From assembly GCA_001179505.1 (NCBI GenBank), contig CDMY01000571.1, forward strand, positions 62,001 to 126,000: a DNA stretch of 64,000 nt, written 5' to 3'. Below are positions 50,079 through 59,675 of this stretch, in pieces. The notes below the pieces were generated by a model that saw only the letters and a program-made list of their open reading frames with translations, was not told the DNA's origin and made no database searches. This stretch comes from Vitrella brassicaformis CCMP3155 (lineage: Eukaryota; Protista; Chromerida). Each line of letters starts with the position of its first letter. Position 1 is the stretch's first letter. Position numbers and translations under genes: made by a program.

Positions 50079-50247
50079 CAGTATGTGTTGCATGGTGGGT
50101 GTGAGCATCCACGAGGAGCTGCACGGGGTGAGGAAGCGGCCGCCCTTCTCTGTGAAGAACCTGTGTGAGGCCCTGCACAAACACCCACAGACCCCCGAGC
50201 TGCCACAGATGTTCTCCTGGCACAAGTGGCAGAAATGGCACCACTGA
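47677..50247 (+). CDS. TauE/SafE (sulfite exporter-like) membrane transporter, multi-exon
   Basis: AGGGIGGGAIYIP, AVPLSKVTIFG, HP...PLINYE....LEPATLIG, GIGGGLVKGPLMLEIG and SATFMILFTSSSTSLQF are TauE/SafE family motifs. Confidence 0.9.
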
Positions 50248-50479
50248 CTTACGAACAGAGAGGGAGGGAGGGAGGGAGGACTGAGTGTGCGGGTGCGTGG
50301 GGGTGGGGTGTACAGAAAGATCGAGGTCCTTTTTCATATGAATGAAAGTGTTCTGTTGAGAGGAATGAGTGTGTGCTGAGTCTGATGTCTGCATGGGAGG
50401 TGGGGGGCGGAGGGGTGCACACACATTCTTTGTTCCCATGATTCATTCGAGTCGTCCTTGATAGATATGGATGTCCTTT

Positions 50480-52505
50480 ATGAGTATCGACCGGCCGTCG
50501 CACGTGTGTGCGTGTAGACAGATACTGGCATGCATGCGTCACGACAAAGCTCTAAACCCGCTGAAAAAGGGGTGATCTGCCGCCCCCTTCGGCGCCTTCT
50601 CCACCACCCACTCAGCCACCCATTTACACTCTATCTCCATCTGCACATAGCCGTCTGCCCCACACAGTGCGATTCGTATCACTCGCTGCCCCCTGCCTCC
50701 TGCCCCATATCACCCCGCCCGCAATCGGCCGCTCCCTCGCTGCATGAAGGACGGCTGCTGCTGCTGTGGCTGTGGCTGTGGCTGTGTAGGCGGCTGTGCT
50801 GGTGGTGGTGTTGGGGGTGGGGGTGTGTGTGGTTGTCCGATAGGCTGTCCGCAGTAGACGGCCTTGTAGGCGGGCTCGGTGAGGACGTAGTGCTCGCACT
50901 CGTCGTATGAGTGGAACAGCTGCTGGCCCGTCTCGTTGTCCTCGTGCAGGGACCACCTGCACCCATCCATCCATCCATGCGCACACACACACACACACAC
51001 AGAGAGATCAGGGTGCGTGTATGTGTGTCTCATGATTCAGTCACTCAGCTCACATGGAGAAATCCAGCTCACAGCCTTCAGCAGCATCTGAAAAGGATCA
51101 CACCACCAATCTCTGTCCGCCTCTCTGTTGTGTCTCATTCGCCGCCTCTTACTCGGTAGTTCTAGCGGCATGAACAGCTCCCTGACAGCACTTGCGATGC
51201 TCTCGTTGCCCCTCACCGCCGCCACACACCCCTCCACCGTGTTATTCCAGTAGGCACCGAACACCTTCCACACCGGGGCATTCGCACACGTGCGCGCCAC
51301 CTGGTGCGCCAGCTTCTCGGCACACTTTTCCGCCATTGCACCTCCTGCAGTTGCAGTGGCATTAGTGCCAGCCCCCGGCACATTTGCCCCCGGTGCGAAT
51401 GTGGGCACGTGTGTATGTGTGTGGTGGAGCGGCTTTGGCGTCACGAACGACGTGTCGCCGCTGCTGGTGTTGGTGTTGGTGGGAGGGAGAGGGGGCGGGG
51501 GAGGTGACTGGCCTGGTGCTGGTGATGGCGGCCCTGGTGGCTGGGAGAATGGCTGAGGCGGCATGCCGGGCGGTGGCGGTGGGGTTGAAGACATAGATGG
51601 ACCTGGCACTGCACACAAACAGAGGCATGGGTGAGTCCGAGAGTTGGGACCATTGTCGCTGCTCACTTGGGGGATTATTCTGCATAGGGCCAGGTGGTGG
51701 TGGTGGTGGTGAGCCTGGTGACCCCGACGGCCCATCAGGGAGAGGAGGCCCCATAGGTGCCATAGGTGGCGCATGGGACGTGATATTTCCATCATGAATC
51801 GGCGGCGCCATGCTGTCCACGGGCGGTCCGGGAGGGCCTGGTTGGCCTGCGAATGGCTGCTGTGGTGCGGGAGGGGGAGGGCCTGACGGGCCCCCGACAC
51901 CCGGCGCTACAAGAAAATGGACAAAACACCAGAAGAAGAGATCTACATGCCTTTCTGCCGATTCTCTGTGGGCCGTTGTGGCGCGGAGTGAGTACCTGCA
52001 GTGGTCGGCTCGTTCGGCATCGGTGGGACACCCACACCTGCATCCGTGCGCCAACACAACAAAGGGGAGAGGGAACATGACAAGAGGAGAAGAGATCTAT
52101 CTCTCGCTATGGATGGCGTGCCTGTGCCAGGAGTCGGTCCTGGTGGCGCGGGAGGAACTGATAGAACACGACAATCGCACAAACAAGAGAAAAAAACCCC
52201 AGATCTCTTCAACCTGCCATTGCAGTGACTTCATCACCCATCATACCAGCTTGATTAGCGTCGGGCGGTGCTGTAGTCGGCTGTAGGGGGCCTTCTGGCG
52301 CAGGTGGCATGCCGGTTGGCTGCACCGCCTGGATCTTGGCTAATTCCATGCTTTTGTTCACCATTGTCGACGTCGACGTCGCTCGGCTGGCCTTGAAGAG
52401 TGAGTGCTGCCCCGGCTCGATGAGGCGGTCGGCGCCGCCTCGGTTGACGGCATGGGCAACAGAGGCGACCGACAGCAGACACACAAGCGCACTGCAAACC
52501 TCCAT
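50480..52505 (-). CDS. Putative secreted proline-rich protein, multi-exon (3' end uncertain)
   Basis: Signal-like MEVCSALVCLLSVASVAHA. Pro/Gly-rich exons, then a Cys-containing segment (KCAEK..RTCAN..GCVAA; YDECEHY..VYCG). Confidence 0.55.
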
Positions 52506-52839
52506 CCCCCCTTGGAAACCGGGATCTGACCCTAGTCCACCGCACTTTGCGAGCGGTGGACAGCCGGTTGACTCCATCTGTCCACCGGTGATCTTCCCCC
52601 CCCGGGTGTCAGAGGGTGATTGGGGCAGCACCTTTCCCCCCCGTCGCCCCTCGGCCGTCCAGAACGCCCTCTCTGGCCAGCCAGGTGCGTCCCGTCCTCC
52701 GCGGCTTGAGTCCCGCCTCTGGGGGCCTGATCGCTCTGTCGTAGGCTCTGCCGCGCCGCCTCTGCACTCTGCAGTGCGTGCGGCTTTTGTCTCGTGGTTC
52801 AGCCATCGCTACCTGCTGTTTCAGTAGCTCATTGACGCC

Positions 52840-53385
52840 ATGCCAAGCGAGTGGAGGAAGGGCAAGGGCGGCAAGCCAGAGCGCAAGGGCGCCATGCCAG
52901 AGAGCGACTGGGTGGAGCGCGTCACGAAGTACCACAACACGGGAGGCCACGAGAAGATCGAAAGGCGTGGCTTCAAGAACACCTTCTTCAGGACCCATGT
53001 GGACGACCGCATTGCCCATTGCCCTTTCTACCTCTTCGTGGAGCAGGATTACGGCAATCTGCAAGGTGAGAGGGAGCGGCCACGCCGCCAGAGAGACGGG
53101 GTGGGTGGGTGGGTGCACGGCCGGATGGCTGGCGAGGCGCTTTCTGTGAGGAGGGGGATGGATGCCTTCATGCATGCATCTCTCCTGTGTGTGTGTGTAT
53201 GTGTGTGTGTGGCCCCTCAGGTCGGGAGCTTGATCTGCTCCGCACCCTTTGCAACTGCTGCTGGGCGCTCAAGTACAAGGTCGACCTGTCGTGGGATCTG
53301 CTCTTGGGTGCCGCTTCCGGCACCGTCCTCTTCGGCCGCGGCCTCCCCGACCTCGCCTACACCCAGCCCGAGGCCGTGGAGGGCA
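52840..53385 (+). CDS. Hypothetical protein that runs into the tandem array
   Basis: Exon MPSEWRKG...EQDYGNLQ, GTGAG intron 53067-53220, exon GRELDLLRTLCNCCWALKYKVDLSW. No normal 3' end is found before the array. Confidence 0.45.
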
Positions 53386-53477
53386 GGCCATCCATATATC
53401 ACACACACACACACACACACACACACGGACAGGTGGACGGATTCCACAACCGCCGAGGCACAACGGCGGGCACAGCC

Positions 53478-54230
53478 GCCGAAGCACCACGGCGGGTCAA
53501 ATGGCGACGCAGATGCCACCAGGAGGGCCGGGGGGAAACATTTCTCGGTCGGCACCGTCGCCAGGACGTCTTCCACAAGCGCCGAAGCACCACGGCGGGT
53601 CAAATGGCGACGCAGATGCCACCAGGAGGGCCGGGGGGAAACATTTCTCGGTCGGCACCGTCGCCAGGACGTCTTCCACAAGCGCCGAAGCACCACGGCG
53701 GGCCAAATGGCGACGCAGATGCCACCAGGAGGGCCGGGGGGAAACATTTCTCGGTCGGCACCGTCGCCAGGACGTCTTCCACAAGCGCCGAAGCACCACG
53801 GCGGGTCAAATGGCGACGCAGATGCCACCAGGAGGGCCGGGGGGAAACATTTCTCGGTCGGCACCGTCGCCAGGACGTCTTCCACAAGCGCCGAAGCACC
53901 ACGGCGGGCCAAATAGCGACGCAGATGCCACCAGGAGGGCCGGGGGGAAACATTTCTCGGTCGGCACGTCCAGATCTGCAGCCTTCACAAGCGCCAAAGC
54001 ACCATGATGGGTCAAATAGCGACGCAGATGCCGCCAGGAGGGCAGGGGGGAAACATTTCTCGGTCGGCACCGTCGCCAGGGTGTCCAGATCTGCAGCCTT
54101 CACAAGCGCCAAAGCACCACGGCGGGTCAAATGGCGACGCAGATGCCACCAGGAGGGCCGGGGGGAAACATTTCTCGGTCTGCAGCGTCACCAGGGCGCC
54201 CAGATCTGCACATCCCGGGAAAGGGGGGGA
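53478..54230 (+). repeat. Tandem array of a 103-bp GC-rich unit, about 7 copies
   Basis: GCCGAAGCACC / GCCAAAGCACC unit starts at 53478, 53581, 53684, 53787, 53890, 53993 and 54108. The first five are near-identical and the later ones diverge. Confidence 0.95.
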
Positions 54231-54430
54231 AACTTTTGCGAGCCGGAGGGTTGCTAGCGTTGCGGTGGCAAGGCTGCATCTTCCTGGGTACTCCGGGCCC
54301 ATGTTCAGGCGCGTAGGGGGGAAACTTCTCCGTTTCCCCCCGTTCCTGCCTGTTTTCCGGTGCGTGGGGGGGAAACTTTGGTGGCGGGGGGGAAACACGC
54401 GAAGCCGCCGCCAAAAAGTTTCCCCCCCGA
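54225..54430. repeat. Cluster of direct and inverted GGGGGGAAAC motifs
   Basis: Perfect hairpin GGGGGGAAAC-TTCTCC-GTTTCCCCCC at 54316-54341. Further direct copies near 54226, 54367 and 54387, and an inverted copy near 54418. Confidence 0.85.
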
Positions 54431-54511
54431 ATATCACATCCTCAAAAATTCCTCCGCCCCGAAGAGGGCAATGTTTACAGATGGGAAGCTCGCGGTGTGC
54501 AAAGGGGGAAA

Positions 54512-57177
54512 ATGGCTGATTCTGGTGAGGAGCATGCCTCGAAGAGGCGGCGGGTAGACGGTGAGAAGGTAGATCTGACGAAACGCGATGAGCAGCGGTC
54601 ATCTCTGCCTGCGAGTAGCGGTTCACAGACCGCCGCCTCGACAGGGTGGCTGTGGCGGTGCCAGCCTTTCTATCTCAACGCGATAGTCGACTATGGGCGT
54701 GCAGGCGGTGCGAATGAGGGGTGTCTGAGCATCCGGGACATCATCGAAGGCGAATCGGGGCAAGTGCAGGAGGTAAGTGAGCATGACCGCCATGGTGTGT
54801 GTGTATGGTGCTCCCACACGAACTCTCTCTGTGTGTGTGTCTGTGTTGGGTTCTGATGCAGTTGTTGCTGGCCAACTTCATGATTGACCTCGACTGGATG
54901 GTCTCAGAGTGCCCCGTGATGCGGAAGATGCAGCGCATCACAATACTCACTGGCGAAGGTCTGTCTACGGCAGAGAACACAACACAGACACACACACACA
55001 CACAGACACAGACACACACCATGGTGTGACCTGATGTGACCTCCTCTCTCTCTCTCTGGGTGGTTGGTGTGTGTGTGTTTGTGTGTGTGAATGTAGGCAG
55101 TGCCCTCGACCAGTCTGCCGGCCGTCTGCGGAAGACCGGACCGCGTGTGGAGGTGTACCGGCCCCCCTTGCCCATCGCCTTCGGGTCGTTCCACGCCAAG
55201 ATGATCCTGCTGACGTTCAATGACCGCATCCGTGTGTGCATCCACACGGCCAATTTCATCTACCCCGACTGGTGAGCAGGCCCATGCAATCATGTGTGTG
55301 TGAATGGTGAGTGTGGTGTGGTGCGGTGTGGTCGTGTAGGTGGCGGAAGAATCAGGCCATCTATGTGCAGGACTTCCCCCGGAAGCAGCAGCAGCAGGGC
55401 AGCCAGCCATCGACAGACATGGAAGACATGGAGGGTGAGAGATACCAAGCAAATGCTCCATGCTCTCTTGTTGTGTGCGTGTTGGTGTGAGTCAGATCAG
55501 TTGGTGGCCTTTCTCCGCGCCACGACCAAGGCGGGCGACTGGTGCGACAAGATCCGCCAGTTCGACTACTCCACCGCCATTGGCAAGATAGTGGCGTCGG
55601 TGCCGGTGAGCGTCACAGCCAAACAGAGGGGCCGTGTTTGTAGTCCATCGGTTGTGCTCTATGGTGTGAGTTACACGCAGGGCGCTCACAAGGGCTCGGA
55701 CATCAACCGGTGGGGCCACATGCGGCTGCGCGATGTGCTCAGTAGCCAACCTGACCCCCAGAATCTGCAGGAGTGAGTGGGATCCCGTTCACTGTATCCG
55801 TCTCTGTGTGTGTGTAATGTGTGTGTGTCGTCGTCTTCAGTTTCCATCTGGTGTGTCAGTTCTCTTCTCTCGGCAGCCTGAGCGACAAGTGGCTGCTGGA
55901 GGAATTTGCCGGTGCGTCAGTGAATGCGTGTGCGACGCCCACACGGACGGCATGGCACTCTGCTTCTGTCCGTCTGTCTGTCTGTCTGTCTGTGTCAGGT
56001 ACGATGGTGTCTAGCTCTTCCCACCGCCGGCCTGCCCGTCCGAGTGTGCCGATGCACATCGTCCTACCCACAGTGCAACAGGTGGGTGCGGGGAGTGTGA
56101 GGGATGGTGAAGTGTCCTGGCTGGCTGCTATGGGTGTGTGTGTGGACTTCTGTGTGCAGGTGCGGACGTCCATTGAGGGCTGGGCGGCGGGCAGGTCAGT
56201 CAGCATCGATAGCATCAGTCATTTAGACTCCACCGGAACCAATATAAGTGCTGCATGTCCGTGTGTCTTGCCCTGGAGTTCCATCCCGATCCCCAGCAAG
56301 AACCTCAAGCCGTTCCTGCAGCCGATGCTGCACAAGTGGGGCACGCACACCAACACCTCCAGGGCGGGCGCATCGTCGACGTCGGCCTGTCCCTCCGTCC
56401 CCCACCCACCCGGCCGATCGAACGCCATGCCGCACATCAAAACGTTCCTCAAGTAAGGGAGATACGCACAGACACACACACACACTGACAGCACAGTACA
56501 ACACACAGCTTAAGCTTCCTCAATTGGTCCCTACCCGGATGTGTGCGTGTGTGTGTGTCAGGTATGGTTATCGGAAGGATGACACCGATCGGTCTCCCGA
56601 GCTGGCATGGGCATTCCTGGGAAGCCACAACCTCAGCAAGGTGGGCGCAAGCACGACATCGACGAGGAAGAAAAACTGACCAACGGAGCTCTGTTGGTGT
56701 GATGGCATGAAGGCCGCGTGGGGCGAGCTACAGAAGAACAACTCTCAGCTGTCCATCCGGTCATACGAGCTCGGCGTGGTGGTGTCGCCGTCCACGCTGC
56801 AGCAGCTCAGCCCCCTCCTCCCACACCCATCACTCATGACGCGGTCGTCCGGGCCATCTTCATCCGCCGCCGCCGCAGCAGCATCACCACCTTCACCGCC
56901 AACCGTGCGCTCCTTCCTGTGGCACAAGACATCCGATGACACCACCAATGCGCCGCTTCCCCGTCTCTACCCAGCCACCGCCCGTCCGCCCAAGACACCA
57001 TCCGGCTGTCGTGCCATCGGTGTGCCGGTGCCCTACCCGCTGCCGCCAGTGGCCTATGTGCAGGTGCGGGATGAGCCGTGGTGCGTCGATGGGAAGCATA
57101 GCGGGGTGGACGATATGGGACAGACCTGCCCGAGCCAGCTGACCAGGTTCTATGGCAATGGGCGGGCGGACTTCTGA
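54512..57177 (+). CDS. TDP1: Tyrosyl-DNA phosphodiesterase 1, copy 2 (appears intact)
   Basis: ANFMIDLDW, FGSFHAKM..IHTAN, QFSSLGSL, VRTSIEGWAAG, RSNAMPHIKTF, GSHNLSKAAWG, IRSYELG, PVPYPLPP..Y, DEPW. Confidence 0.93.
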
Positions 57178-57446
57178 CTGACTGAGTAGCTAATGGGCGA
57201 GTGGCTTAGTACAAGGGTGTTGCTGATACTCTGTGTGGGGCTGGGCGATTGGTTCGGCGTATGTTTGTGGTTTGATAGATCGACCACATCCATCAAGTCA
57301 GTGCTTCGCACTTGCACGCACACATCCATCCATCCATCCATTCGTCCATCCATTGCTGCCCCCGTCTCTCCAGTCCATCCAATGCATCCATACGTGTAGC
57401 CACCGCCACCCATCTACCCCACTCCTCAGTTGAGCACCCGCGGTGA

Positions 57447-59015
57447 GTGGGCAGCCGTACATCAACACACAGCATCCATTGGGTATGTCACGTGGGCCGT
57501 CTATGTGTGTGTGTGTGTCAGTCGGTCCCTGGTAGGTGTTGGTTGGTGGGCTTGCCTGAGGATGTGGAGAAGCAACTGCTGGCCTCCCTCACGGCCGACG
57601 ACTGCGGCCCCCTCCGAGCCTCATCCAAGAGCGTCGGCTGCCAGCTGGTCAGCGAGGCCTACCTGACGGACCGACTCGACGCTGCTATCCGCGATAAGGG
57701 CCTCAGTGGAGTGCTCACGTACCAGAAGCGCTGTGAGACGGTCCTGCTGGTCCTGCTGCAGTGGATCACGGCCATCATCAGCGTGGCTTCCACTTTCGTT
57801 CAAGGTCTCGTGGGTGTCGGCATTCTCTCGATGGTTTATTTGGTCATCCTCGCCTGTACCGGCGTCGTGATCTGGAAGCCCCTTGATTGTCTGATGCAGC
57901 CGCTGCGTCTATTACCGTGGATTCAGTGGAGCATCAAGCTGCTTACTGTCTTCGTGGTCCCGTTTCCCGTGATCGCAGTCAATTGATCGCAGTGGTCATT
58001 CGATTGCTCGGGGAGGCTTCCCTCATTGTGCGAGCGTATAGGCAGTTTTGGGTGGCATTCTACGACTTACCTCACCATCAGCGGTCTGTCGAGCGCCGTG
58101 TCAGGAGTGGGCTGCGCGCGGCGCTGGCGATCGGCAGGCATAGCTTCGAGTGTGGGGCGGCATTGTTCGGCATCACTGTCATTTACACCGCCTGGTGCAT
58201 CGCGTGGCTCTGGTCCCCGCCCGAGGAGTTTTCAGTGCAGCTGGGCGAGAAGAGATTTCTGGACCAGCTGAGCGGCCGCGCACTACTCATCGATGTGGTC
58301 ATCCCGTGGCTGTTCTGCATCTTCACGCCGGTCTGCTTGGTCATAGTGTGCATTCTAATCTGGAGCGAGCTGATGCATAAGCTGCTGCTCATCGACGACA
58401 GGGTGGGTTATCTGTTGCGGGTGCTGTACGTGATCGAGGAGGGCGGTTGCTGGGACCGATGTGTGTCGCTCATCCACTACCTCAAGAACAGCAGCCGCTT
58501 CCTCCCCTCTCTGCCCATCATCATCACGGCATACGACCTGCAGCAAGCGGGCGGCCGGGCGGGGTTCAGCTCGCGACCACAGGCGGTTCGTCAGTACTCA
58601 CTCTTTGGCCACCGTCTCTCGATCATTGGCCGGCGTGTGGGTCTCATCTTTGCCAACGGCCGAGACTATATGGGCGGCTCAGACCCCGACCCGACCCGCC
58701 GACCAAACGTGAGCAGCCGGGAGAACGAACACACACTTGGGAGGGAGGGAGGGAGGGCGGGAGAGAGATGAGCATGTGGATTGTTTGTTTCCTGTCTGCT
58801 GTCTGTCTGTCTGCAGGTGGCAACAAAGTATACTCTTCGTTCACGGATATCATCGTCTTCCTGGTCGATTCGTGCAGCTGGATGGACCCTCGTCTGCGCC
58901 CCCACTTCACGCACCCAAGCCCACTCATCACTCCAACTCCCAGCCAGTACCAGCTCACGCAGGACGTCATACTGCACGCAAGGGGCCAGTGGAACGGCTG
59001 CCGCAAAGCGGGCGC
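57447..59015 (+). pseudogene. F-box-like family member with an internal multi-TM segment, frameshifted and 3'-truncated
   Basis: LVGLPEDVEKQLLASL..LRASSK start; YLLRVLYVIEEGGCW and RPQAVRQYSLFGHRL resemble units A/B. A 14-nt insertion at 57970-57983 breaks the frame. Confidence 0.7.
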
Positions 59016-59296
59016 CCAATGTGGGCGGCGTGACGGTGCGGGTGCCGCTGCAGTGCTTCGCCATTTTGGTCGACAGCCGCCCACACCAGGTGGTCCACAC
59101 ACGGGGCCGTGTGGGTGTGCGTGAGGTGGTGCAGAGGGCCCGGCTGGACGAGGCGGCTCGACACGGCATAGAGGAGGGGGCCATCAACAAGGGCTTCAAC
59201 GACCACTTGGGGAATGCCGACTGTGAGTTTGGTGGGTGGTGGAAGCTGGGCCGCATCCACGAGCGGGGGCAGTGGGTGACACTCGGGATCAACTGA
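59016..59296 (+). pseudogene. 3' fragment of the ankyrin gene family
   Basis: NVGGVTVRVPLQCFAI...GQWVTLGIN* is nearly identical to the C-termini at 7251-7530 and 45201-45480, and is followed by the same GA/GT-rich 3' flank. Confidence 0.9.
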
Positions 59297-59675
59297 GGGA
59301 GGGAGGTGTGGTGTGTGTGGGTGTGGCACCCACGGGGTATGTTGGGCCGCGGAGTGTTGGCAGCAGAGCGGGTGGAAGGGATGCATAATTCATGTGTGTG
59401 GACTGTGTAGAGTTATCTGTGAGGGTGTGGTCTGACTGTGCGATGCATGTTTTGTGTTGCTGTTTTGAATTCTTCGACCAACTGAGTCGAATTCCCTGCG
59501 TGACTTGGAGAGTTGATGGGTTGCCTTCTTGGCACTCTTTGGCGTGTTATGCGTGCCTTCCGGAAAGAAAAAAAAAGGAGCGCAAGGAGAGCGGCTGTTT
59601 ACGCGCTCTGTAAACACAGCTGCCAGTCGAGATGCTGGCTACGGCGTCATTGTTGACGACGATGAGCTGCCGGCG

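Noticed and set aside
53478-54230. CRISPR array
   Set aside because: Units are near-identical over their whole 103 bp with no unique spacers, there are no cas genes, and the context is eukaryotic.
52840-54257. Long repeat-protein ORFs (358, 382 and 252 aa) through the array
   Set aside because: The period is not divisible by 3, and a GC-rich unit lacking stops opens several frames at once. No evidence favours any one frame as coding.
41909-57177. Simple tandem segmental duplication of a TDP1-containing block
   Set aside because: Genes flanking the two TDP1 copies differ, so only the TDP1 gene itself is demonstrably duplicated.
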